From Octopus vulgaris (lineage: Eukaryota), in contig OX597823.1 in assembly GCA_951406725.2 (NCBI GenBank), positions 62,310,001 through 62,374,000 of the forward strand: a stretch of DNA of 64,000 bases, in the 5' to 3' direction. Position 1 is the stretch's first letter, and the number at the start of each line of letters is the position of its first letter. Positions 1 to 12,046 of this stretch are shown piece after piece. The position numbers and the translations under genes are program-made. The notes beneath the pieces are model-generated. The model ran no database searches. It saw nothing but the letters and a program-made list of their open reading frames with translations, and had not been told where the DNA came from.

Positions 1-226
1 ATATAAACCAATACCATTTCTATATATACATACATATATACATACATATATATACGACGGGCTTCTTTCAGTTTCCGTCTTCCAAATCCACTTACAAGGC
101 TTTGGTCGACACGAGTAGAAGACACTATAGTAGAAGACACTTGCCCAAGGTGCTACGCAGTGGGACTGAACCCGGAACTATGTGGTTGGTAAACAAGCTA
201 CTTACCACACAGCCACTCCTACGCCT
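1..226 (-). mobile_element. SINE family A, 5' half
   Basis: Reverse complement of the 8383-8545 head. Confidence 0.85.
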
Positions 227-867
227 GCATAAATTTCTGGAGTTTTAAACAAAACAAATGGTAACTGATAACAGCTGACCCAGGATCAGATAGAATCAAG
301 ATAAAGCAGATTTTGTCAGTTTCACAGTGTTTGTTAGTAGTTCAATAAACATTTTATATAAGTGTATAAATATCCTCCCGCGTGCGTGACTATGTACCTA
401 TGTATATGCCTATGTAGATATGTATCTGCAAGCGCATAAAAAAAAAGGCCGCACGCACGCACGCGCACACACACACACAGGAAGAGAGGTAGGATGAGTG
501 AATAAAGAGTAAGAAAAGTATACAGTACGAGACAAAGCGTGATTAATAGAAATTATTTTCGTTTCGTTCGAGAGAAGGTAAGCAAACGGACATCTAGTGG
601 CGATAACTAGAGATTGTATATCTAAATTGGAGATAATATGAAGGAATTACTTTCCTATTCATCTTTAGCTCATATACGAGCGAAAGAACAGTTGTACTAT
701 ATACTTAAAATTCTCATTTTATATATATATATATGTGTGTGTGTTTGTGTGTGTATGCATGTATATATATGTATATATATGCACGCATTTATATATATAT
801 GCATATATATATACATGATTATATATGATATTTATTATTTTATTGAACACCACGCATCCATTTCCAA

Positions 868-920
<53 letters not shown>

Positions 921-923
<3 letters not shown>

Positions 924-1093
924 CTCTGTCTTCCCTTCTCGGGATCTTTCCTTCTCCTATGTTTCCGACGAAGAGCTCCGCTCGAAACGTTAAACCCTCC
1001 TTCCCTGAGCGTCCAATAATACTTTATTTGTTCCACGTCCTCGGGTTGCTGTGTTTTTTTGTTTTTTTTGTGTTTTCTTGTTTGGATTAACTT
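921..1093 (+). mobile_element. Short (TA)n-inserted Penelope-pLTR-like element with minimal hammerhead-like motif (961-995)
   Basis: GTTT-CCGACGA-A-GAGC(TCC)GCTC-GAAACGTT-AAAC; T-rich tail; TA runs on both sides. Confidence 0.6.
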
Positions 1094-1130
1094 TATACAT
1101 ATATATATATATATATATATACATATATAC

Positions 1131-1230
<100 letters not shown>

Positions 1231-1544
1231 TATGAAGTGAGAGGGAGGAAGAGAAAGAGAGATACGTGTGGGGATGGAATTGAATTAGAAACTTTCATTT
1301 CTTACGCAAAAAGTGTTTGCTTTCCTTCCTATGATGTACCCATTTTAGACACCCATTTAAACGGTCTTGCATTATCTTCATTCTATAAACTGTAGTTGTT
1401 GTTGCACTGCGAATAATGCTGTTACTGCCGGTCGTGCTGCCGGTTTTGCTGTTCTTGCTATTGTTGCCGTTACTACTGTTACCGACAGATACATTGTTTT
1501 GTTGATGTTTGTTTGTTTGTTTGTTTGTTGAGTGAAGCGGTCTT

Positions 1545-1889
1545 CGTCCCAGAGTGGGAGAAGTCCGAAACGTGGTCCTTTGCTATTCGTAAGACCAGCA
1601 GCAGAGAAAAGCAGGTCAACCGCCGACACCGAGAGCATCGACGGATGGATGAATGTGCATCCAGGCTCAGCGGTTGCGTAGGAAGTCGGGGATAAGAAAC
1701 AGGAAGAAAGAGTGGGAGAAAGTTGGAGCGAAAGAGTACAACAGGGGTCGCCACCACCCCCTGCCGGGGCCTCGTGGAGCTTTTAGGTGTTTTCGCTCAA
1801 TAAATACTCACAATGCCCCGTCTGGGAATCGAAACCGCGTTCTTACAACCGCGAGTCCGCTGCCCTAACCACTGGGTCATTGCGCCTCC
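1545..1889 (-). mobile_element. SINE family B
   Basis: Reverse complement of the 18982 head; ends in (AAAC)n. Confidence 0.82.
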
Positions 1890-2070
1890 ACATTGTTGTT
1901 GCTGCTGTCACTGCCGTTGTTGCCGTTACTGTCTAATTGAATCCTAAACATAAAAGACCGCAACCAAGTATTCCTCTAATTTTACGTTTTCAATACAAAT
2001 TTATATTTAACACGCACGCATAAGTTTGAATGAACATTAACGCTTTACACAAACATATATTTAGTTTTTT

Positions 2071-2076
2071 TTTATT
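2071..2076 (-). terminator. Candidate polyadenylation signal AATAAA of the DYRK4-like gene
   Basis: TTTATT on + strand about 25 nt past the stop codon; AT-rich context makes a chance match possible. Confidence 0.4.
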
Positions 2077-2101
2077 ACAATAATTTTTTTTGCCGTTTTA
2101 G

Positions 2102-2208
2102 TCATGATTTTTTACTTATAGGAGGTAGAAAACTTTGAGCAGGTTCAATATCTGTTCTTGTCTCAGCCTCATTGGAATGGTTTTCTGTGAGTTTAATGAG
2201 ACTTTTAC
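2102..2208 (-). CDS. DYRK4: Probable terminal coding exon of DYRK4-like gene (GKSLIKLTENHSNEAETRTDIEPAQSFLPPISKKS*)
   Basis: Very strong acceptor ctcttttcttttactttctttcag|, phase 1 matches upstream exons, TGA at 2102-2104; LPPI near the end resembles the vertebrate DYRK4 C-terminus as I recall it. Confidence 0.78.
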
Positions 2209-2266
2209 CTGAAAGAAAGTAAAAGAAAAGAGTATGAGTCTCTGTATAATGTATGTACATCTATAC

Positions 2267-2312
<46 letters not shown>

Positions 2313-2337
2313 ATGTCTATGTATATGTATATGTGTG

Positions 2338-2392
<55 letters not shown>

Positions 2393-4239
2393 ATTACAGA
2401 GAGAGAGAGAGAGAGATTTGTGCTTAGTGGGTAGGGACTTGCACTCATGACCGTTTCGATCAATGGACTTGATGATGCGTTGTGTTCTTGAGCAAAACAT
2501 TTCATTTCACGTGGCTTCAGCCCACTCAGATGGCAAAAGTGAGTAACGCTGCAACGAACCAGCGTCCTGTCCAGGGATGGAGGGGGGGCAATATATACGC
2601 CTCAGAATCCGAGAAACCAGCTTCATGAACCTATGTCTTGGGGAAAATCTTTGGCCCTTTTTGACGCGCGCACAGACACATACGCATCTATAATTAATGC
2701 TAAAGCAGTATAAAATATATATCCACTGCATCTGAGATCTCGATTCATAACATGTCGTTAAACTCCAATACGATATTCTTTCAATGGTATACCCGTAATA
2801 GGAATGAATCTGCTTAAAGATAAATTGGCTAAAACGAATTTTCAGAGGGAACAATTTAGTAGAATAAAAAAAAAACTTAGAAGTCTCAAAATTTCAGTCC
2901 TTTGTACTGCATGTTTTTACACAGTTAAAATACAAACATAAACACTCATATAATCATTATAAAAGTATTATATAATTAATTTGACAGATATATGTAAAAA
3001 AAAAAACCCGGACCAAGCGATTTTTTTAAGATCCTTGCCCTCTCGGTCAACCAAAGTTTGCATTGTTTTCTCCCGTTAAGGTATGGTCCAGGTTGTTCCA
3101 GAATATTTCATTTAATTCTATATGACGTATTCCCTTCTTTTAAATACCCTATGTAGTTGGCCAAAGAGGTAACGTTGCACCTGTCTGGGATCCTAACAGA
3201 AGACCTGCGTTTGATTATACGTTGCTTAAAGGGGCCCTGTTTTGCTCCATGTCTGTGTTCTTACGCTATTGGTGATGCAGCTGTTGTTGTTACCGACGCT
3301 ATCACTACCGTTGCTGCCGCTATTGCTGAACACATTGCTGGTGCAGCCACTGTTTTTGCTGTTGCTATCGCTGCCGTTGCTGTTGCTAATGTCCGACGCG
3401 AAGCTGGTGCTGTAGTTGTTGTTGCAGTTACTGCTACCGCTGCCAATACTGCTGTTACTGCCGGTCGTGCTGCCGGTTTTGCTGTTGTTGCTGTTGCTAT
3501 TGTTGCCGCTGTTTCTGTTACCGACGGATACATTATTGATGCTGCTGTTGTTGGCGTTACTGTCGGACACTGCCTCGGCCTCGTAGACCGTGGACTCTGA
3601 GTTGCATCGACCTCCTACAGAGCACTCACCGTTAACCCTGCTTCTGTACTGGATTTAAGGCTGTTCATTAAAATCATTTTAACAGTGGGCGCACAGCCGA
3701 GGGAGACCTTTAAGTTTTGTCTATTAAATAATCGTCCGGACGATGCGTTGGGAAAAAAAAAACGTAAACTGCTTGTCCACTAATCTGAGGAATATCATTC
3801 CCACCTAAGTCTTGACTTTGAGAAAAAGATGGGACAAATCAAATGACTTTACTTTGAGGCTTTCTTTTGTAAATGTTAGGTCTCAGTATAAAGGAGGTGC
3901 GGTCCTTAAATACGCATATACATATAAACACGTATACATGCATGTGCATACATACCATATATATATACATATATATATACATACATACATATATATATAT
4001 ATACATACATACATATATATATATATACATACATACATATATATATATACATATATATACATACATACATACATATATATATATACATATATATATACAT
4101 ACATACATATATATATATATACATATATATATACATACATACATATATATATATATATACATATATATATACATATATACATATATATATATATACATAT
4201 ATATATACATACATACATATATATACATATATAATATAC

Positions 4240-4360
<121 letters not shown>

Positions 4361-4497
4361 TATACATATATATATATATATACATACATACATGCAAACA
4401 AATATATACGCATATAATGTATATATAATGTATATACATACATATATATATACATACATACATATATATATATACATATATATATATACATATATAT

Positions 4498-4536
<39 letters not shown>

Positions 4537-4541
4537 TATAC

Positions 4542-4572
<31 letters not shown>

Positions 4573-4576
4573 CATA

Positions 4577-4612
<36 letters not shown>

Positions 4613-5060
4613 CATATAATGTATATATGATCTGTTAGCTATCACCTTTTCTATTCCTACCTTTAATTCGCACCAAACTATAATTACTAGTCCATTCTGG
4701 GTATCTGCATAAAACCGGAGTAAGCATTTGATTACATAAACGGTGACACTGAAACACATAGAGCCATTGACAAATATATATGTACAATGACAGCCTCTAC
4801 ATGTACACATATACATTATAAGAGTTTGTCCAGGGACTTTTAAAAGTATATTTTACTGACACATGTCATTTTTTAGCAGTGTTGTGTTTCTATTTTACCA
4901 TCAGTCCTTTTAAATAGGCCGATGTGTTAATCGAAAATCAATCATATGCGTTCATAGGATGTAAAATCGAACTTTATTTTACGCAAACAAAGTCATATAT
5001 AATTAAGGATAACTCGAAAGTAAAGGAGGCCTTGGAGTGAACAAGGCTGATTTCGCTTAC

Positions 5061-5138
5061 CCTTTTGCATAACGAAACCAGTAGTTATTCCTTTTGGTGG
5101 TATATTTCTTCTTCTTTCTTTCTCATGTTTGATTTTTG
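5061..5138 (-). CDS. DYRK4: Probable DYRK4-like C-terminal tail exon (TKIKHEKERRRNIPPKGITTGFVMQK)
   Basis: tttcaatttcag| acceptor, AAGG|gtaagc donor, 78 nt symmetric phase 1-1, open; no homology support, could be a cassette exon. Confidence 0.6.
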
Positions 5139-5299
5139 CTGAAATTGAAATTGTTGCGTGCGCTTTACGGAAGAAGGAGCTAAAATATTCTAACCTTTTA
5201 ACAATTACTTTCGGTACTTAATTCTTTGACATAAATTTACTATAAATTAACCCACAAAAATATATATATAAACCACTTAAAAAGTATTTAAAGTTTTCC

Positions 5300-6314
5300 G
5301 AAGACAGTGAACTTAGACACAAGAATATAAAAGCACGACAGAGACACAGGGTCAAGAGGAATAGGGAGATAAAGAGACGGGTCAGCTGAGACACAATTCG
5401 ATTAGGATTCAGTGTCAGAGAGACATCATGTGATACAGACACAGGGTAACAAAGACACCAGGAGGAACTGACAAGCGGTTACAGAGCTACATAGTGGCAG
5501 CGACACATTGCAATACAGGCAAAGACTGACAGACACAAGATGACAGAGACACATGGTGGTACAGACATAGAGAAACAAAGACACAGTGTGATACAGGTAT
5601 TGGACAATTGAAAAAGAGTGTGACAAAGATACAAGTTGGTGCAGACACATGGTGATAGATACACAGGACTACAGAGACACAAGGAAGACAAAGACACAAT
5701 GTGATACAAATATAGATTGAGAGCGACACGGTGTGATAGATATGCTGTGTGACAAAGACACAGAGTGCACGGGTACACAGGTGACGGAGGAATTGACTGA
5801 CAGAGACAGAGTGAGATAAAGACAGTGTAACAGGGACGCATGACGACAGAGTTACGAGGAGACAAAGATACAGGGTGACAGAGTTACACGTCGACTGAAA
5901 TGCAGTGTAACGGAAATGCAAAGTGATATAAACACAGGGAGGTGAATACACATAGTCACAGAGGCACAAGATGATAGAGGCACAGGGGCGTGGGGGAGGG
6001 CAAAGTACGAAGAAATACTGACAGAGATAATATGAATGTGGAGCCATCAAGACACGGTTCGATAGAGAAACGGAGCTAGAGAGATACTGAGGGATACAGA
6101 CAAAAGGTACAGTGAGACATAATGATGAGAAAGATACAAGGGTGACAGTGATACTGAGTGATAGTGACACAGGATGACAGAAATGCAGGTTGAGACACAT
6201 GATACCAGATACAGAGCAAAAGGGAAAACGCTGAAAAATACATGATGACAAAGGGTGGTAGAAAAGAATAGAAGGACACACAAGGCGATAAAAACACTTG
6301 AAGACAGAAACATT
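5300..6314 (+). repeat. Degenerate purine-rich GACACA/GATACA simple-sequence tract (continues at 7988-8120 beyond the foldback insertion)
   Basis: Repeated variants of gacacag/gatacag/gtgacac; gives spurious Cys/Leu/Ser-rich ORFs on the - strand. Confidence 0.75.
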
Positions 6315-6323
6315 AAATGAGAG

Positions 6324-7978
6324 GGATCTTTTCCTTTTGAACGGCACATGTCAACACAATTTCTAGTTAACTAAGCACTTTAAAACTTCGTATACTGGTA
6401 GAATGTGTCAAAATAAAACATTTTTTCTCTTGGCTTTCTTGATAAAATTGAAATTCGTTTGTTTAACGTAATTTAATTTTTCGAATTTTAACCAATGAAT
6501 CGCCTCTAATTGAGCAAAAATCATTTGCTGCGTCTAAAACTGAGACAACATCCTGTCACTAACCATAAACCTCACCCTAACCCTAACCCTAAATTTTTAT
6601 TTTCTTAATTGTTAAATTAATTTAATTGTTACGCGTGTAAAAAAAAACGGAAGGCTAAAACGAAAGCAATGGAAAATAATTTAAACAATTAACAAATTAA
6701 TACTATAATTTTATACACACGCTTTCCGTACGTATACAGAAAGCGTGTGTTACGGAAAGCGTGTGTATAAAATTATAGAATTAATTTATTTGTTACGCGT
6801 GTAAAAAAAACGGAAGGCTAAAACGAAAGCAATGGAAAATAATTTAAACAATTAACAAAATAATTCTATAATTTTATACACACGCTTTCCGTACGTATAC
6901 AGAAAGCGTGTGTTACGGAAAGCGTGTGTATAAAATTATAGAATTAATTTATTTGTTACGCGTGTAAAAAAAACGGAAGGCTAAAACGAAAGCAATGGAA
7001 AATAATTTAAACAATTAACAAAATAATTCTATAATTTTATACACACGCTTTCCGTACGTATACAGAAAGCGTGTGTTACGGAAAGCGTGTGTATAAAATT
7101 ATAGAATTAATTTATTTGTTACGCGTGTAAAAAAAACGGAAGGCTAAAACGAAAGCAATGGAAAATAATTTAAACAATTAACAAAATAATTCTATAATTT
7201 TATACACACGCTTTCCGTACGTATACAGAAAGCGTGTGTTACGGAAAGCGTGTGTATAAAATTATAGAATTAATTTATTTGTTACGCGTGTAAAAAAACG
7301 GAAGGCTAAAACGAAAGCAATGGAAAATAATTTAAACAATTAACAAAATAATTCTATAATTTTATACACACGCTTTCCGTACGTATACAGAAAGCGTGTG
7401 TTACGGAAAGCGTGTGTATAAAATTATAGAATTAATTTATTTGTTACGCGTGTAAAAAAAACGGAAGGCTAAAACGAAAGCAATGGAAAATAATTTAAAC
7501 AATTAACAAAATAATTCTATAATTTTATACACACGCTTTCCGTACGTGTACGGAAAGCGTGTGTATAAAATTAAAGCGTGTGTATAAAATTATAGAATTA
7601 ATTTATTTGTTAATTGTTTAAATTATTTTCCATTGCTTTCGTTTTAGCCTTCCGTTTTTTTTACACGTGTAACAATTAAATTAATTTAACAATTAAAAAA
7701 ATAAAAATTTAGGGTTAGGGTTAGGGTGAGGTTTATGGTTAGTGACAGGATGTTGTCTCAGTTTTAGACGCAGCAAATGATTTTAGCTCAATTAGAGGCG
7801 ATTCATTGGTTAAAATTCGAAAAATTAAACTACGTTAAACAAACGAATTACAATTTTATCAAGAAAGCCAAGAGAAGAAAAATGTTTTATTTTGACACAT
7901 TCTACCAGTATACGAAGTTTTAAAGTGCTTAGTTAACTAGAAATTGTGTTGACATGTGCCGTTCAAAAGGAAAAGATC
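6324..7978. mobile_element. Foldback / Mutator-like non-autonomous DNA element with ~400-bp terminal inverted arms and 9-bp TSD
   Basis: Ends GGATCTTTTCCTTTTGAACGGCAC... and ...GTGCCGTTCAAAAGGAAAAGATC; AAATGAGAG duplicated at 6315-6323 and 7979-7987; arms nearly identical. Confidence 0.85.
6628..7560. repeat. Tandem array of ~163-bp units (5 full + 1 partial), each with an internal ~32-bp-stem hairpin
   Basis: GTTACGCGTG recurs at 6628, 6792, 6955, 7118, 7281, 7443; stem AATTCTATAATTTTATACACACGCTTTCCGTA pairs with TACGGAAAGCGTGTGTATAAAATTATAGAATT. Confidence 0.95.
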
Positions 7979-8147
7979 AAATGAGAGAAACGAAACCTGA
8001 AAGCAATGATACTAGTCGCAGAGACATATGATGGCAGACACAGGGCCACAGTTGTACAAGGAGATTATGATACACGATGACGAGTCACAAGGTGATAGAA
8101 ACACATAATAAGAGACATATATGAAGACTCACGGCATCAAAACTTAC

Positions 8148-8248
8148 TGTTCGTTCTATTATTTCGTACTTTGTTTACATTTACTGAATCTCGAATCCAT
8201 TCGTGCCGCATTGCCTCATCCGGTGTCATTCTCTCTTCAGGATCCCAA
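8148..8248 (-). CDS. DYRK4: DYRK4-like exon: subdomain XI (HWDPEERMTPDEAMRHEWIRD...NRTN)
   Basis: Not in ORF track; tttatag| acceptor, ACA|gtaagt donor, 101 nt phase 2 to 1; WDPxxRMTPxEAxxHxWI. Confidence 0.93.
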
Positions 8249-8382
8249 CTATAAAGTTCAATGACACAAGAAATTTTCTATTAGTACGAACACAAGATGT
8301 AATCTTAGATGCTTAAAATTATTCTTTACGCTAATAAAATAATCCTGTAGGGTCGAAACATTTAAACATCTTTTTCTATAGT

Positions 8383-8775
8383 AGGAGTGGCTGTGTGGTA
8401 AGTAGCTTGCTTACGAACCACATGGTTCAAGGTTCAGTCCCACTGCGTGGCACCTTGGGCAAGTGTCTTCTACTATAGTCTCGGACCGACCAAAGCCTTG
8501 TGAATTTTATTTGGTAGATGGAAACTGAAAGAAGTCCGTCGTATATACGTGTGTGTATATGTTTGTGTGTCTGTATTTGTCCCCCCAACATCGCTTGACA
8601 ACCGATACTAGTGTGTTTACATCCCCGTAACATAGCTGTTCGGCAAAAGAGACCGATAGAATAAGTACTAGGCTTACAAAGAATAAGTCCTGGGGTCGAT
8701 TTGCTCGATCGACTAAAGGCGGTGCTCCAGCATGGCCACAGTCAAATGATTGAAACAAGTAAAAGAGTAAAAGAG
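8383..8775 (+). mobile_element. tRNA-derived SINE family A (central TA/TG microsatellite), near full-length
   Basis: A box TGGCTGTGTGG, B box GGTTCAGTCCC, CCTTGGGCAAGTG core, tail GAAACAAGTAAAAGAG; more than 15 copies in window, in both orientations. Confidence 0.88.
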
Positions 8776-9076
8776 TATAGTGTAAATTTGGAGAACATGA
8801 CAGTGCATCGGAAGAAAGGTTTCCTAGAAGACCACATCCATTATCTCTCAGTGATACAAACTGAACAAAAATAAATGAAGTGTCCTATACATATATGTAA
8901 TTTTTATCACTCAGCTATTGCACAGTTCAGACTCAGTAACACAATCGGTGATAGGTAATGTAGATGTCGTTCGTGTCTTTGACATTGCTAGATGGTTTTC
9001 AATCTCTCAAATTAGTACTTAATGCCTAATATCTTTTATATTAAAATACTAATGGTTAATCTGTAGCACGCACACA

Positions 9077-9108
<32 letters not shown>

Positions 9109-9256
9109 CACACACACGCACGCACGCACACGTATCTAAAATATGTATAATGAAAAATCATGTACATTTATTTCTTTGGAAACTTTTCAATTATGGAATT
9201 ACGATTGATGATTAAACTTTCTACTGCTTCAGATGTTATGGTTTGTTGTTGTATGT

Positions 9257-9309
<53 letters not shown>

Positions 9310-9336
9310 AGGAAACAAATAAAAGTATGCTCATAC

Positions 9337-9466
9337 TGTAAACAGCTTCTGATGAAGTTAAGAAAATTGTAATCTCCTGTTTTAATAACTTGCTGCAATT
9401 CTTTGCCGCCCACGCGCCGTTTCTTGCCTTTACTGTTTGTCGTAGATCTTGGATTTCCTTTTGAGT
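9337..9466 (-). CDS. DYRK4: DYRK4-like exon: CMGC insert (DSKGNPRSTTNSKGKKRR...FLNFIRSCL)
   Basis: tcttcag| acceptor, ACA|gtatga donor, 130 nt phase 1 to 2; resembles the DYRK4 DSKGxP..TNxxGKKR insert. Confidence 0.94.
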
Positions 9467-11008
9467 CTGAAGATAAGACGAATACTTTTTCAATTATCGA
9501 AACGAGAAAGAAGAAACTGACACGTTTCGGACAGGAATCCTTCATCAAGTGAAGGACCCGCTTTCTCTTATCAGGCTACAATCTCTTTCTTACTCACTTC
9601 AGTGTATGAAAATATACTAATACGTTCAAGTATATTGAATCTCAGAGAACCTCTGAAAGGTTACCATCGTCAGTAGCTTAGGTTATATCTAAGCTCGCAC
9701 CTCTGTCAGTTAATATTGACCATGCATCTACACATGTATGCGCAGTTGCCCCTTTTTGCATGTTTTCTCTCCCCATTCCACCGAAGTTTATCACAGGGAA
9801 AGACTGCCAACTTGGGTTGATACAGCTTAGCGCCAGTGTTGTTGGCGTTGTTGTCAGAATGAAAATACTCGGATGAAACATTGCATTCTGCCCTGCTTTC
9901 TAGTTATTCCGCCAACCAGCTTATCGCACTAAACTAGTACTTTTCATATCAACCTAGAAAGGGATTAAAGACAAAGTGGACATCGATATAATTGGAACTT
10001 GAAGTACAAAGAGTACAAAGAATACAGTGTTGTATTCTAACCAACGTTCTAATGACCACTCTTCCAATTCGCTGCCTTTGCTTAGGCTAATTTACTTACA
10101 TTGTACGCATAAAATATACTTAAACCAACGAAGTAGCTTCTACGTTCATGTATGGCTGCTCAACCAGCTAGAAATAATAGCTAAATCTTTCTCGAGCAAT
10201 CCGTTATTGTCTTAGTAAAAGGGGAAAGCACGTTGGGCAATGTAATTCTAGGCACATCGTGAATGAAAAATTGCTCGATGTTCATGACTAGAACGACTCT
10301 GAGTATAGGTCTTCTCAAATAACACTGATCCGATGCCAAGCAACTGAAACAACAGCAACACAAAAATATTTAAAATAACTGTAGAGTTAAAATTACATTA
10401 ATAATCTTGGCTGTTTAGTTAAATCGTATGAATGACAGCAAATCTAATAATTTCGAATAAGAGGTTACTCCATACGAATTCACTGGAAAAGCATCTACTT
10501 TGTCTCTCGATCTACTAGAAATATTTTATCCAATTTTTTCTGCAAACTGCAACCTACCGTATTGAAAAGGAAGGGAAATTTTGGCTAATGTAGTCCTAGA
10601 TATGATATTTAATGCCCGAAAGCGGTGGTCTCCGTTTTTCGGGCGATCTCAAACCACTTCCACTCCGACACGCTTCACTCACTCACTTCGTCTTTTGTAG
10701 TCGGTATTTCGTCCACACACTCCCAGCGCTTCGCTAACTATTATGTTCTTTATTTCCTTCTTGGAACGTAACTTCTCTGCGAAAAAACCTCCTGTCTTTC
10801 TTTTACTGTAGCAGTTATTCATGTGAGACATCAACCGCATCGATTTCATTGGCTACAGGGGACCTGCGAAAACTAGGGACATAGCTCCTCAACCTGACCA
10901 AACCATTTAAAAATGAATTATATAATCAATACGTAAATGTTGAAGATGAGCCATTCATCAAAATATTCAAAATCAAAAATTAAAAAAAAATAATATCAAG
11001 GAACTCAC

Positions 11009-11242
11009 CAAAAAATAATCTTTTCCTCGTTGCTTTATTTAGAAAGTTTTCTTCCGGTAAACTGAATACTTCCATTATACAGGCCAGCTGTTCAACCTCA
11101 TTCTCACCAGGGAACAGAGGATAACCGGTATAGAGCTCAGCAAGAATACAACCAAAACTCCAGATATCAATTTGGCTCGTGTATGGAATACCTAAAATTA
11201 CCTCTGGGGACCGGTAGAAACGACTTTGTATATAAGTGTAAA
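11009..11242 (-). CDS. DYRK4: DYRK4-like exon: activation loop and subdomains VIII-X ([18 protein letters not shown]...[14 protein letters not shown]...RLFF)
   Basis: gttgcag| acceptor, TTTG|gtgagt donor, 234 nt phase 1 to 1; YTY autophosphorylation motif; RSPE and [24 protein letters not shown] are DYRK4-type (DYRK2 has RAPE and GEDEGDQL). Confidence 0.97.
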
Positions 11243-11282
11243 CTGCAACGAAAACGAAATGAACATTAATATGATATATATA

Positions 11283-11883
11283 TATTTCTTTTTTGCCCAC
11301 AAGGGGCTAAACATAGAGGGGACAAACAAGGACAGACAAACGGATTAAGTCGATTACATCGACCCCAGTGCGTTGCTGGTACTTAATTTATCGACCCCGT
11401 AAGGATGAAAGGCGAAGTCGACCTCGGCGGAATTTGAACTCAGAACGTAACGGCAGACGAAATACCTATTTCTTTACTACCCATAAGGGGCTAAACACAG
11501 AGAGGACAAACAAGGACAGACAAACGGATTAAGTCGATTACATCGACTCCAGTGCGTTGCTGGTACTTAATTTATCGACCCCGAAAGGACGAAAGGCAAA
11601 GTCGACCTCGGCGGAATTTGAACTCAGAACGTAACGGCAGACGAAATACCTATTTCTTTACTACCCACAAGGGGCTAAACACAGAGAGGACAAACAAGGA
11701 CAGACAAACGGATTAAGTCGATTACATCGACTCCAGTGCGTTGCTGGTACTTAATTTATCGACCCCGAAAGGACGAAAGGCGAAGTCGACCTGGGCGGAA
11801 TTTGAACTCAGAACGTAGCGGCAGACGAAATACCGCTAAACATTTCGCCCGGCGTGCTAACGTTTCTGCCAGCTCGCCGCCTT
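11283..11883 (-). mobile_element. tRNA-derived SINE (Nin/Deu-domain-like) with its 3' 184 bp in three tandem copies; ~15-bp TSD
   Basis: Head AAGGCGGCGAGCTGGCAGAAACGTTAGC, B box GAGTTCAAATTCC, GCCTTTC.TCCTTTCGGGGTCGATAAA domain; units start 11283, 11467, 11651; TTAATATGATATATA at 11266-11280 and 11884-11898. Other copies near 17830-18030, 25670-25880, 27970-28185, 29770-29965, 32570-32740, 47050-47225. Confidence 0.85.
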
Positions 11884-12046
11884 TTAATATGATATATATT
11901 TATTTACACACGAAGAAGATTGACAGTGACTTCGAAGTTATGCTATGGACCGGTTTTCTTTGGCAAATTGCAAATTTTTACAGTGTTAGGTTGCCCTTTA
12001 TATGTTTGGGTTCAGTCTGTGGGTTGATTGTTATAATAATAATAAA

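Noticed and set aside
4661-4704. Extra DYRK4 exon ([15 protein letters not shown])
   Set aside because: Splice sites are plausible but it ends in phase 0, incompatible with the phase-1 terminal exon
5487-6347. 286-aa Cys/Leu/Ser-rich ORF
   Set aside because: Reverse reading of a degenerate GACACA tract, starting inside the transposon TIR; no domain signal
6575-6592. Telomere or chromosome-fusion scar
   Set aside because: Only three perfect units, mirrored as part of TIRs bounded by a TSD
6628-7560. CRISPR-like array of palindromic repeats
   Set aside because: Units are identical end to end with no unique spacers, no cas genes, eukaryotic intron; it is a tandem repeat inside a foldback element
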